Shown here: positions 1 to 12,300 of the stretch, piece after piece
Numbering within the stretch: the stretch's first letter is position 1
Layout: every line of letters begins with the position of its first letter
Assembly (NCBI GenBank): GCA_907165135.1
Contig: OU015570.1
Location: 2,625,929 to 2,689,928, forward strand
Source of the DNA: Oikopleura dioica
Taxonomy: Eukaryota > Animalia > Chordata
DNA: 64,000 nucleotides
Direction: 5' to 3'
The notes under the pieces: model-generated
The model's input: the letters and a program-made list of their open reading frames with translations, nothing else
Databases searched by the model: none
What the model was told of the DNA's origin: nothing
Made by a program: the position numbers and the translations under genes

Positions 1-3000
1 GATTTACAGTCCATCAACAACGTAAATGCTTGATGCACAGAATCCCGGAAATCGCAAGGGCAAAAACCTGCGCAGGTAATTGCTAATTCTGAGTGATGAA
101 AATAACACTTTGATTCGAAAAGCGGTGGACACTGGAACACGGGATGTTCGGAATCAACAACCTTGGGTGCGGAAGAAAAAGCAATGTCGATCTCGATGGG
201 AAAGCCGAGGAAAATTAACCCAAATCAACTGACGTAAACACGACAGAATTAGCAACGTTAATCGACAGAAAAAGGTTACGGTGTCCAAAACAATTCCTAT
301 ACTTCAGCTCGGAGACGGGATTTTCCAAAGAAAAAGCTTGAAGTAATTTCAATGGCAGAAAGAAAAAAGGAATGAGCAAGCAGAAAAGATTCGACATTGA
401 TCTAAGATGAAACGTTTTGAGCGCAAACTGCCTGAGAAATCGCAACACAGTTGAGCTTGCGACGTGCTACGAAACGATCTCATCATAACGACATAACAAC
501 GACGAAAAAAGATGGAAAAAATGAAGGAAGGCCCCAACGCGAAAACGACTCCTTCAAAAACTCGAACGAAAACAACATAAAAGGTATGTAAAGGGTTACT
601 TACAAACAACAAAGACAGTAGTATAGAAATTATCGTGACATTATGGAAAGATTTTATCAAGCGCAAACTGATGCAATTAAATTTGGGATAAAAACGAATA
701 ATGATCAAGAATCATGAAAAACTCAAAATCTAAGCTGAACTAACCTCTGAAAGTTTTGCGATGGAAAAATATTCTCGGCATTAGCCTTATTTTTATGTTT
801 TCGCTGGTAAACTGTAGACCGGTGACAGATGTACTAATCACCTTGCAGAGGGATTGGCAAAGAAAAAGATAACTTAGCCATACGCATGGATCATGCATGT
901 GGTCTCACGCTTAGTAAAGGCATTTAACATAATAGGGATTCCATACGGAGGGCAGTTGGTCTCCGTATACTGCCAGGGAGCCTGAGGCACCCCGTAAATG
1001 ACGTTTGGCCATTTCACTACACGAAAGTGGGCCCATGGAGATTCACTTTGAAAAATCTCTGAACGTCTGTGGGAAGGAATAACCCCACCGATTTCTTTTC
1101 GCGTTAGAAATCAGTAAGTTAATAAACCACAAAGCGTGAGCAAATCAGCTCAAATTATAAGTTCAAACGGAAACTTAACTATTTTTAATTGAAATTTGAT
1201 AGAACGAAAATCAAAGTCGGCGCTTGATAAAAACAAATATTTTGAAGAATCAAAGTATTCTGGGTGAAAAACTGACAGTTAAAAGTAAATGATCTCAAGG
1301 AAATATTTTCGACTTCAAGTCACATGAAAGACTTGACTTGGTTAAGAAGCTATTTTTCTTTTGGTCGTTTTCCGGGGACCGGAATCTGAACACGACCGGA
1401 ATATGTTATTTTTGAAAAGCGCAGCTTTTAACCAGCGCTTATGTCCTCTTACAGTTCTCTCGAGACTAAAAGCTAATAGATCGTGCCTTATAATTGTCCA
1501 AATTAGCAATGGTAAATAACTTTTGACCCACCCAAATCAAGCCAAGAAAAAGTTCGCATTAATGGTAACATAAATCTTAACTAGTGCCAAGTATTTCTGC
1601 TCATTCCAGGTTTTAGGGATTATCAAGCGATTCTATTTATTTAAAATGATACTCGTGAAGCTCACATGACCCGGAGAATTTTGATGCAACCATGCTTTTG
1701 AGTGCTTATCCCCTGCTGATATTCTAGAACCGAATCTTTGAAATGAGGATTCGAATTGAGATTCGTAGTTCAATGGAAAATTGTTGGGGGTATCCTTAAA
1801 GATAGAGGCTTACTTTTACTATGAGCGCAAAACCCTTTGGAACCTCAAAAATTTTGAACCTCAAAATTATGGAGTAAAGTTGGCCATTTTAGAGTCGTCC
1901 CTTTTAGTTTGAATAAAACTAAAGGTTAGAGTTAGATCATTTGTAATCTTTAATTCGTGAAAATTAAATTTTTCGGAAAATGCCAAATCCGGAAAATCTA
2001 AATGGAATGTAAACCCTTAAGTTTTACTAAGTCCAAAAATGCGCTTAAATAGAATTGCTCCCGACTTACTTTTAATGTTTTCAAAAATTCGTTTTCCATC
2101 TTATTCTTTCTTTGCTTTTCTTCTTTAAACCTCTTGTTTTGAAAAAATCATTTTCCCGGCCTTTCTTTTTGACCGATTTTTCAAAATGAGAAATTCTGAA
2201 ATTCAGAAACTCGGTTGAAGCGCTCAAGCAGAAACCATAAAAATAAAGAGGTCAAGGCGGAAAAGGAGAAGTTCAAAATATTACGGCCAATTAAATAATT
2301 TGGAGCGAACAGTAGTGAAGAACACCACCGTAACGCTCGAATATTGATGAAAGTCATGTTCAATAATTAAAATTTTTGCGTTAAGGATCCCCGACCCGCT
2401 TTTGATTCAAACGACTCCCACAGATCATTTGATTTAATAAAAAAATAGCCTTTATACAGATTTCTCCAAAATTTTGGTCCGTACGAGACTACGTCACCCA
2501 AAAACTCAAGAAAGCCCCTCGAATTTAGGAAATAACAAAGTATTTTCAACAATCAGAATAAGCCCCTTTCAAAATCGATAGCCGTACCCATAAGATAAAT
2601 ATTCATTTAAATAGTTCTTTTAGTCATTCCCTTTTTCTTCCTCTTTGAAAAAAACTATCCCCATTGGAGAGCCAAAACCTCCATTTCTCCAATTGAAACG
2701 ATTCAAAGTAGAAAATATTAAGCTGACGTCTGTCTTTATCAAAAATCTCATGGAAATCAGCAAGTATGGACAAAAGAATCATGGACTCTCATGAAAGACT
2801 GATTCATAAAAAACATGAGTCCGATTACAGAAAAACTGAGCCATTAAGGATTCCACTTATCATTCTGTAGTTTAACACTGATTAACTGTTAATACAATTC
2901 AATGGGCTCAAAAAAGCGATATCATGATCGATGAGCTTTTAAAAAAAGGGATATTCTCAAATACCGTTTCAACATCAATTCCAGCATCTAAAAACGGATT

Positions 3001-3182
3001 CCGAAAAACGCAAGTTCTTTACGGAAAGTGAACTTCATTTTTACTGTTACAGTTCTTTTTAATACAGTTCTTGCTAAAAGCTCTTCTTTTGAAGAAACAT
3101 AGCTAAAACGATGAAATTTTTAGCTGTTCAAGACATTCATTATTGTTAGCTGACAGAAACAATTCGAACTCTGATTCAGATC

Positions 3183-3710
3183 ATGAGTCACAGAAACGAT
3201 TTTTCGAGTGGTCGCCTTGAAAGAGCCGGTAGAACGAGCTCTGTCAATAGAAAAGCCGAAGAAACACCCATCAATTGGCTCGTTACAACAACTAACATGT
3301 TCGTTTTCGTCGAAGGATGCCGAGTAGTAACGCCAAACCCTGACGAAGTCTGCGTTATTTGTTCAACGCGAGACAGTGAATTAAGTATGAAGATGGGTAT
3401 CAAAGCAAAATGTGGGCACTTTCTACACATAAACTGCTTCTTTGAGCGATGCCAAAAATATGATCATTGTCCTGCTTGCTGGGACTCGATGAGACTTCGT
3501 CTCTTTACCGCACACATGGAGAATCATACAAACGGCCGTTTATGCCCGATTTGTCGAAAGGGTAACCCCACAGTAACACTGCGCTGTCTTCTCTCCTTTC
3601 ATCCTGAGTGCGCCGTACAATTCGCTCGCCTTACACGAAAATGCATACTTTGCCGATGCTCAAGGATGGCATTTCTTACGATGGCTTTGCAGCATAACAA
3701 CTTCAAGTAA
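3183..3710 (+). CDS. Intronless protein with two RING-like zinc fingers (putative E3 ligase), 175 aa
   Basis: First finger CVIC..CGHFLHINC..CPAC is RING-H2-like. A second degenerate finger CPIC..C..FHPEC..CILC follows. ATG start, intact ORF. Confidence 0.7.
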   Translation: MSHRNDFSSGRLERAGRTSSVNRKAEETPINWLVTTTNMFVFVEGCRVVTPNPDEVCVICSTRDSELSMKMGIKAKCGHFLHINCFFERCQKYDHCPACWDSMRLRLFTAHMENHTNGRLCPICRKGNPTVTLRCLLSFHPECAVQFARLTRKCILCRCSRMAFLTMALQHNNFK

Positions 3711-3847
3711 GAAACTAGTGTTTTTACATCCTGACACAAACGTAGCTCAACGACACTGGCTGAAGGAGGGGAAGAATAGGTGGGAAGAAGACCTCACACA
3801 GCAGCAACAGCCCTTCAAATTTTTCGACTAAGAACTTTATCTCTTCT

Positions 3848-4020
3848 CTGTAGCTCAACGAAAAACTTCACTGTAGCTCAACGTCTAATTTTACTGTAGC
3901 TCAACGTTAAACCTTACTGTAGCTCAACGTAAATCTTCTCTGTAGCTCAACGTTAAACCTTACTGTAGCTCAACGTTAATCTTTACTGAAGCTCATCGTT
4001 AAACTTTACTGTAGCTGTAA
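3848..4020 (+). repeat. 23-bp tandem repeat, ~7.5 copies
   Basis: Unit ctgtagctcaacgttaaacctta with variants starts at 3848, 3871, 3894, 3917, 3940, 3963, 3986. Confidence 0.9.
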
Positions 4021-4046
4021 CCTGAACTCAATTTTATTTTGCCAGC

Positions 4047-4357
4047 AAGGGGGGAAAAGTGTTATGGTCCATAACTTATGATTACAAAAACGAAAGTCGA
4101 GTCTCGAGCCAAGCTCACAGAATCCGAAGCTGAGGGGTGAGCGCGAGCACCAACTGCGAAGCGCGAGCTCATCACTCAACTCGGAACTGCAGCTCAGAAA
4201 TAAAGTCGAACTTGAAGTGAGACTTGTGAGCGAGCGCTCCTATAAAAATGCCTGACCATGCCCATTTTCCCTCATTCTGGCCTTGCCCCAGAATCACAAA
4301 TAAACACCGAATTACCGTCAATACAATAGTAGTATGCTTACTTAGCAGGAAGTTAGC
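4047..4357 (+). mobile_element. Polypurine tract plus LTR (3' LTR of an otherwise unrecognised LTR element)
   Basis: AAGGGGGGAAAAG is immediately followed by TGTTATGG at 4060; internal TATAAAA and AATAAA. A second, inverted copy lies at 19761-20071. The 3' end of the LTR is not resolved. Confidence 0.65.
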
Positions 4358-4544
4358 TTAGTATATAGTAGTCATAAATGAGGAAGCATATTACAACAGA
4401 GTATATCAAAGTTGCCAGTGATTTTGGGTCTTTTCCATTCTTGTAACGGCATATTTCACATGTAATCGTATGTATAATTGTATGAATGTTTCCTGGGGTT
4501 TTCGTTTTATTTTAAGTATCTCCTCAAATGCAGTTGTTCTACCT

Positions 4545-5290
4545 TATAGGAAGATTCTGAAGGGTAGTCAGAACTATTCTAGAAGATCTTGAGGCTCTAG
4601 AATATCTTATAGGAAGATTCTGAAGGGTAGTCATAACTATTCTAGAAGATCTTGAGGCTCTAGAATATCTTACAGGAAGTTCTGTAGGGTAGTCAGAACT
4701 ATTCTTGAAGATCTTGAGGCTCTAGAATCTTCCTATAAGACATAAAGATCTTCTAGAATAGTTCTGACTACCATTAAGAATCTTCCTATAAGATATTCAA
4801 GAGCCTCAAGATCTTCTAGAATAGTTATGACTACCCTTCAGAATCTTCCTATAAGATATTCTAGAGCGTCAAGATCTTCTAGAATAGTTCTGACTACCCT
4901 TCAGAATCTTCCTGTAAGATATTCTAGTGCCTCTAGATCTTCTAGAATAGTTCTGACTACCCTTCAGAATCTTCCTATAAGATATTCTAGAGCGTCAAGA
5001 TCTTCTAGAATAGTTCTGACTACCCTTCAGAATCTTCCTTTAAGGTATTCTAGAGCGTCAAGATCTTCTAGAATAGTTCTGACTACCCTTCAGAATCTTC
5101 CTATAAGATATTCTAGAGCCTCAAGATCTTCTAGAATAGTTCTGACCACCCTTCAGAATCTTCCTGTAAGATATTCTAGAGCCTCTAGATCTTCTGGAAT
5201 AGTTCTGACTACCCTTCAGAATCTTCCTGTAAGATATTCTAGGACCTCAAGATCTTTTGAATTAGTTCTGACAACGCTTAAGAATTTATC
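4545..5290. repeat. 63-bp satellite array with an orientation switch (~3 reverse then ~8 forward copies)
   Basis: Unit actacccttcagaatcttcctataagatattctagagcctcaagatcttctagaatagttctg; reverse-complement copies at 4545-4720, switch near 4725-4750. Confidence 0.9.
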
Positions 5291-5882
5291 TGATGTTTCC
5301 TTAGCCATGGGAGTCTCCTGTCGAGAGATGGTTGAAACGTCCAATATGCATTTCAAGAAAGATGCATGTCCCTTGTTGTCGGTTATCAGCTACGGCGTCG
5401 ATGTCAACAACAATCCCAAGAAGGTCTACAACCATCTTCTCAGCGAAATACGCGTGGCCAAAGATATCCAGTTCAGCCTTGCTGGAATAAAAGTCGCACT
5501 TGAAAATGCCGTCGCTGCTGTCGGCCCCTAAAAATGTCTGTGGATACAATCAGACGGATCCGGTTTAATCAAACGTAATTACGCTTCTTCATTAATTTCT
5601 ATAATCTCAATTCTGGTCAAAAGAAATGTTCTACTGCCTGCCACGATTCATGAATAGCCTCCCTGCCTATGATTTTGATTCCGTTGTATGGTTCAAGACA
5701 GTATCTGGGCACGGAAAAGGTTGAAAAATGTATTAATAGACTCTTAAAATCTAATAGGCGAAATCGATTCCTCCCACGGGTGTGTAAAACAAGATATTGT
5801 CCGACAATACAATCATCTTGGCGGCTGTGGGTTCGATGGCGAGCAATTGGAGAACATCGGAGTTGTGGATTCTGCATCACAA

Positions 5883-6793
5883 TGTAGAGGTTTTGCTACT
5901 GCAAGTTCCCGGTTGGTTGCTGGTAAATGCTGGTTGGTTGCTGCTAGTTGCTGGTTGGTTGCTGCTAGTTGCTGGTTGTTGCTGGTTGTTGTTGCTGGAT
6001 AAAAAGAGAAGTTTTTGTTGTTTTGTTGGTTCTGGTTAGAATGATTTTATTGTGGCAGAAGTCGCCTTTATATACAGTGAAAAGGGAAAATAAGAATGTT
6101 CGAGAAGCTTCTTAGAACAGTAATAGAATATTCAAGTAGCTTCTTAGACAGTAGAAGAACAATCGTGTATATTCTCCAAGGTGCTGTAATTGGTGAGTCA
6201 ATGTGACTCATGCTGGATGGAATGTTCTAGCGGCTTATGCCAGGTGATGTAATGATGACTCATATCCAGGGTTGTCTCCCGCACGAGAGTCACCCGTAAA
6301 GTTGTCTCCCACACATCAAGGTAACCATTTATGACTCAATGCGTTGGAATGCAAGGTTTAGTGCTCACCATAGATGGCGCTGTTGTGTGGCCACTAGAGG
6401 GCAGTAGAGAGCTATACCTGAGTGTCCACTAGGTGGCACTAGAGAGCTGACACCAGGTGGGGCGCGAGAGCCAACACTAGATGGGGCGCGAGAGCCCTCG
6501 CTAGGTGGCGCTGTATTAAGTGAGCACTTACTCCGTAACGCTCTTGAGAGGTCTTGCGGTTGATCAGACCTTATAGAAGTGATCTGGAGGTGAACCGGAA
6601 GTGAACCGGAAGTGACCGGAAGTGAACCGGAAGTAATCGGAACATTACCGGAAGTGACCGGAAGTTATCGGAAGTCACCGGAAGTGATCTGTATTGGTTC
6701 CCTGAGGTGCTAGGATGATTATGTAATGCGAAAAATAGGCTCCTGAGATTGTAAATAGCGTATTTGGGAGCATACAGTAGGAAAACCACTACA
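5883..6793 (-). repeat. 3' LTR (911 bp)
   Basis: Looks identical by eye to 17205-18115; TG...CA ends. Confidence 0.97.
6046..6686 (-). promoter_or_regulatory. LTR promoter/enhancer: ETS array, CTCF-like cluster, AP-1 sites, TATA box, polyA signal
   Basis: 7x CCGGAAGT (6594-6686); ~6 CTCF-like motifs (6366-6513); TGA(C/G)TCA at 6194, 6204, 6256, 6332; TATATAAA on minus at 6067-6074; AATAAA on minus at 6046-6051. Confidence 0.7.
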
Positions 6794-6809
6794 TATTCTT
6801 CCCCCTTTT
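6794..6809 (-). other. Polypurine tract
   Basis: Minus strand reads AAAAGGGGGAAGAATA directly before the 3' LTR. Confidence 0.9.
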
Positions 6810-7434
6810 AAAAAAGGAAGTTTTCTTTAGATTAAATGTCGAACTATGTTCGTAAGAAACCAAAGAGAAATGGTCTCTAAGAAGTTTGACCAAGATCCAT
6901 TTGAAAAAGTATCTCTTCAGTGTAAGGAGGTAATCACCGATGGGTAATAATTTCTATGGTCTTAAAAGTGGCTTGTCAAATCAAAGTAAACTGAGTACAA
7001 TGAAGCGACAAACCTTCTTTGACTTATTGCTATGTTGCTACGATGTTAACAAGCAGGGCCGTTGTTGGGTCTATGTTGGATGACTCTGAACAGACTACGG
7101 AGGGAGCCATGCTATCCGTGTTAACAAATCTTGACAATTTGCCCATTCCATGATGGGAGGGTCTGCTCACATTTAAGTCGTTACATCGTTAAGGTTATTT
7201 TTTCGCAAAAGTCGTATGCGCAATTGACTTAAGCGTCAAAATTGTTATAACTCAATAACTTATTAAAAGGCCTGCGGGGTGATTGACGATGGCCAATCGA
7301 GTTGCTCAATTTCCAGCCAAAGGGACCGGAATACCCGGGTCTTAGCAGGACTTTGAACTCCAACATCTCGCTTTGTCGGGGAGCTGCCGCTTGAAGCAAG
7401 GGTTTATGGAAGCCCACTCCATAGATGAGTATAG

Positions 7435-7790
7435 GATGTCCTATATTAACTGATCCGATGTCCTATCAGTATTTTCTACTGATGTCCTATCATTTATATG
7501 GATCGTATGTCCATCCTTGTTAAAATAAGTCAAAGAAAATAAAAGTTCAGATAAAGATGTCCTATATTAACTGATCCGATGTCCTATCAGTATTTTCTAC
7601 TGATGTCCTATCTTTTCTATGGATCGTGTGTCCTATCCTATCTGAAAATTCGTCAAAGGAAATAAAAGTTCGGATAAAGATGTCCTATATTAACTGATCC
7701 GATGTCCTATCAGTATTTTCTACTGATGTCCTATCATTTCCGTGGATCTTATGTCCTATCTTTTCCGAGAAATTTGTCCAAGATAATGAG
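7435..7790. repeat. ~122-bp tandem repeat x3 in the 3' non-coding region of the gypsy element
   Basis: gatgtcctatattaactgatccgatgtcctatcag starts at 7435, 7556 and 7679; the sub-motif gatgtcctat recurs inside each unit. Confidence 0.9.
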
Positions 7791-7940
7791 GGTGGGATGA
7801 TGGCCCCCTTCCCCCAAAGTAAATGTCGAGGTACGATGGCACCTAGTTAAAAGGACTTAGTTGGGATGCGATGGCATCTCTGAAAATTGAATATATTTGT
7901 CGAGAAGAATAAACTAGTACGATGGCACTAGTTTGTTTTG

Positions 7941-9395
7941 TTATAAGCGTCGTGGTCGAAGTCGATTTTTCCAGCCCCCTTGAGGATCAGTAGTATCAAT
8001 CTTATTCTCTATGAAGTCACGCATCGGTTTTTGAGCCGGCTTTGAAACTTCATCTTTATTTCCTGACTGGGAGTTTTCTTCTTGTTCTTTGAGAACTTCT
8101 CGACTTCTCAGTCTCAATGGTCGTATGAGGCTGACATGACGACGATATTCTCGGAGTGTTGTTTCACACTTCACAATATAAGAATCTTTTGATATTCTTT
8201 TATGCACTACGAAAGGTCCTGATCAGTTGCAACCTAATTTTCCAGATAAGATATCTGGTTTCCAAACAAGAACTCTTGTGCCTAACTCGAATATTGGACA
8301 ATTATTTTTGTCCTTTTCCAAAAGCGTTTGATATCCTGATTGTTGGAACGCTAGCAATTTAGGGTGTAGTTCTTGTAGATATTGGTTAAGGCCGTTGATG
8401 AAAGGCTCTTTAGGTCGGTCGTTAATATCCGCCTTAGCAAAGGGGATGTGAAATTGCCTTCCGAATAATGCTTCATTTGCTGATAATCCGTCGAGTGTAG
8501 CCTTTGGAAGATTGTTGATGTAATAGCATGCTTCCGGCCATTTTCTCGACCAATTTCGGTCATTTGCATTTAACGTTTTGAGTTGGACATGAATTTCTCT
8601 ATGAAGTCGTTCTACTTTACCATTAGAACAGTTTCTATAGGCAGTTGTTGTTACATGTCGGATTTCGAATTTTTCGAAAATCTCTTTGCAAAGAGGTCCA
8701 AACTCTTTTCTGTTGTCAGAAACGACTACTCCAGATATACCATGACGTAAGATGATAGTGAGAAGGCTTTTTGGCACAAGTTTGTCTGATTTTGCTGACA
8801 ATGGCTCACCATCGAGGTAACCTGTCAAGCTATCGCAAAACGTTAAGAGATATCGTTTGCCATTTGCGTCCAGTCGTCCATAGTCGACAAGGTCGATGAA
8901 AGATTTTTCGAATGGAAAAGATTCAAAATAACGAGTCGCTATAAGCGATGGTTTGAGCTTTTTGCATGGTTTTATGCGAATGCATGTTGTGCAAGCTTGG
9001 GTGATAGATTTTACACGATCTTGCACTTTAGGAATATAAAACTCTCTAAGCATTCGCAGGAGTTGTTTTGATCCTGCATGACCAGTGATAATATGGAGGT
9101 AATTGATAAATTCGTCAGCAAGTTTTGATGGCAGGACAAGTCTTGAACCATCATAAAGAACGTTATCCACCATGTGGAATTTGGATACTTTATGCAATTT
9201 TGTCTTTTCGACAAGATTTTTGCATATGTTGCAATCGTTTTGAAGCGCGGATAGTTCAGCAGACGTGAAATTGCGATGTTCAAACGTAAAAATTGACTTT
9301 TGTGAACTATCTTTAGTATGGAACATAAAAACTGTTTCTGAAATGTCTGTGAACTTTGATGCTTCTTCGTCGAGTGAGCTGCTAAGGGTGTAAGG
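7941..9395 (-). pseudogene. pol: Integrase part of pol, with a premature TGA in the GPF motif
   Basis: HHCC (HIITGH..CTTC), DDE core (FIDLVD, SDNRKEF, NGKVER), then GCN*SGPFVV: an in-frame TGA at 8223-8225 where Trp is expected; the frame continues to 7941. Confidence 0.92.
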
Positions 9396-12300
9396 TAGGG
9401 TCGGCAAAAAAAAATTTGACCAATTGTTTTATCGACGATTTATACCTCGTTAGAAAGAGCTCGACGAGCTTATTCTCATGGTATGCTTAGTTTTTCTCTC
9501 CGATGTGGGAAACTTTTTTATTGTTATTTGAAAATCAGCTAAAGCTTTTCCAAATGGGGGGCTAAAAACGTGGTTTCTAAAGACCATCACCAGGCTCTAC
9601 GCGGCTTAAATCAAAATCTACATCCTTGAGTCATTTTTCACCAAATTCTTAGATCCTATAGACAATAATAAGCAATGAAAAATATCACTAAAAATTTGCC
9701 GTAATAATTTTGTCTTCGCCCTTTTTTTCGTCGATTTTTGATGAGAAAAAATGCACTTATGTCAGTCAAGTCGACTTTTAGTAGCATTCCTACATATCGA
9801 TTTTGCTCAAACTTCATTATATGATAGTTGAGTGTCAATTCTTTTCACAACTGAAAAAAATTTATGATCCGGGGATTCTCTGAGATTTTCTGGCGCCTCA
9901 AAGTTGACTGAAACTACCAGATACGAAAATTCCAGAATTTCTACTTTTGAACTAGGCGTGCTATGATTACGATCTATAGCTTTTCTTGAAGCTTATGAAT
10001 CACTGAATTAATCGAGGAGCTATTTTATGAACCAGCTGGTCACTCTGGCGGTTTGTCGCGGTGCAAGCCTTTAGAAGGGCCGAGATCCGGCAATATGTAT
10101 ATCAAAATGCATATTTTTCCATAAATAATTGTTCAAACATATTTTCGAACCAAACCGCTTGGTTGACCGCGCGGTTCACAGCAGTTAAAGGCGGTTCACG
10201 CTCTTTATATCTACAAAATGTTGAAATATGTACATCAAAATGCTTCTCTACTCATAAATAATCATTTCAACGGGTTTTCAAACCGAACCGCTTGGTTAAC
10301 CGCCCGGTTCGAAGCGGTTCAGGGCGGTCTATGCTCTAAATATTAACGAAATGCTGAAATATGTATATCAAAACGCTTCTGTACTCATAAGAAATCATTT
10401 CAACAGGTTTTCGAACGAAACCGTTTGGTAAACCGTCCGGTTCACAGCGGTTAAGGGCGGTTCACGCTCTAAATATTATTATTATTATTTAAAATGCTGA
10501 AATATGTACATCAAAATGCTTCTCTACTCATAAGGAATCATTTCAACGTTTAAACAATCCGACAACACGTTATACAACGTTTTAACAAGCCGACCCGAAG
10601 GGGAGGCCAGGCCCGTTTATACAAATCAATCTGAGACGGGGCCCAGCTGACCCGAAGGGGAGGCCAGGCCCGTTTATACAATTCAGTCTGCGACGGGACC
10701 AAGCCGACCCGAAGGGGAGGCCAGGCCCTTTTGCACAATTCAGTCTGAGACGGGGCCAAGCCGACCCGAAGGGGAGGCCAGGCCCCTTTGTATAATTCAG
10801 TCTCAGACGGGGCCAAGCCGACCCGAAGGGCAGACCAGGCCCGTTCATGCAATTAAGTCTGAGACGGGGCCAACCCGACCCGAAGAGCAGACCAGGCCCT
10901 TTTGCACAATTCAGTCTGCGACGGGGCCAAGCCGACCAGAAGGGGAGGCCAGGCCCGTTTGTACAATTTAGTCTGAGACGGGGCAAAGCCGACCCGAAGG
11001 GGAGGCCAGGCCCGTTTATACAATTCAGTCTGCGACGGGACAAAGCCGACCCGAAGGGGAGGCCCAGGCCCGTTTGTATAATTCAGTCTGAGACGGGGCC
11101 AAGCCGGCCCGAAGTTTATGTTTTTCCTAACACCGATATTGATGACGAAAATTGTCTCCTTCAAATCAGTAAAAACCTTATATAATCTTTTGTTTTCCCC
11201 ATATAATCAACCATTTGACAAAATCTTAGACAGAAACAGGAAAAGGGTCGGCTTGGCCCCGTCGCAGACTGAATTATACAAACGGGCCTGGGCCTCCCCT
11301 TCGGGTCGGCTTTGTCCCGTCGCAGACTGAATTGTATAAACGGGCCTGGCCTCCCCTTCGGGTCGGCTTGGCCCCGTCGCAGACTGACTTATTTTCGAGC
11401 CGAACCATTTGGCAACCCGCCCGGTTCACAGCGGTCCAGAGTGGTTCACGCTCGAAGTATCAATAAATTGCTGAAATATGTATATCAAAATGCTTCTCTA
11501 CTCATGAGCAGTCTTTTTTCAAAATTTTTCGAACCGAATTATTTGGCTTTTCAACCGGTTCACACCAGTTCAGAGCGGTAAACGCTCTTAATATCCGCAA
11601 AATGCTGAAATATGCGTATTTTAATGCCTTAATAGTGGTAAGGAGTCTTTTCAATAGATTTTTGAATCAAACTACTAGGCTCACTGACTGGTTCGTCATA
11701 TTTCAGCATTTTGTGTAAACTTCGAGCGTGAACCACTCTGAACCGCTGTGAAACGGGCGGTTTGCTTAGTGGTTCGGTTCGAAATTGTGTTTTAAAGAGT
11801 CTTATTGAGTTGAGAGGCATTTTGATATACCTATTGTTGCTCTTTCGATTTTTGTAAGATTGAACCGTCCTTAACCGACATTTACCGCGAGATTTACCGC
11901 GTGGTCAATCTGATCATCTGATTTTCTTCTTCATTTTTTGAACGGAATCAGTTTGATATACATATTACTGCTCTTTGGACTATTTTTGAGCTTTAAACGT
12001 CATGAACCGTAATGAACCACCATGAACCGCGAGGTTAACAGAGCAGTTGGGTGTTATGATGTGTTTTTAGACCTTGTTATCAAATAACAATTCATTTGAT
12101 ATACATATTACCCCACATTCACGACTTTCTGGGAATGAACCGCGACGAACCGCACTAGAATAACCGGTTTGTTCAAAAAAAAATCATGTCATAAAATTCT
12201 CTGATTCATAGGCGTTAATAATAGCTATTGATCGTCATTATAGGATGCAAATATCTCCATTATTTCTATCTTAATATATTTAAACAGCAATTAAAAAAGA

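Noticed and set aside
1-720. Decayed plus-strand reading frame at the window start
   Set aside because: Many stops and no recognisable motif; cannot be assigned.
6810-7940. Possible env gene of the gypsy element
   Set aside because: No long ORF, signal peptide or TM segment on the sense strand; only short scraps.
8223-8225. Alternative genetic code (UGA = Trp) suggested by TGA at a conserved Trp
   Set aside because: Other Trp codons in the window are TGG and many ORFs end in TGA; a single G-to-A nonsense mutation is simpler.
10550-11581. Several overlapping ORFs with 19-aa repeats
   Set aside because: Artefacts of the 57-bp array, open in multiple frames on both strands.
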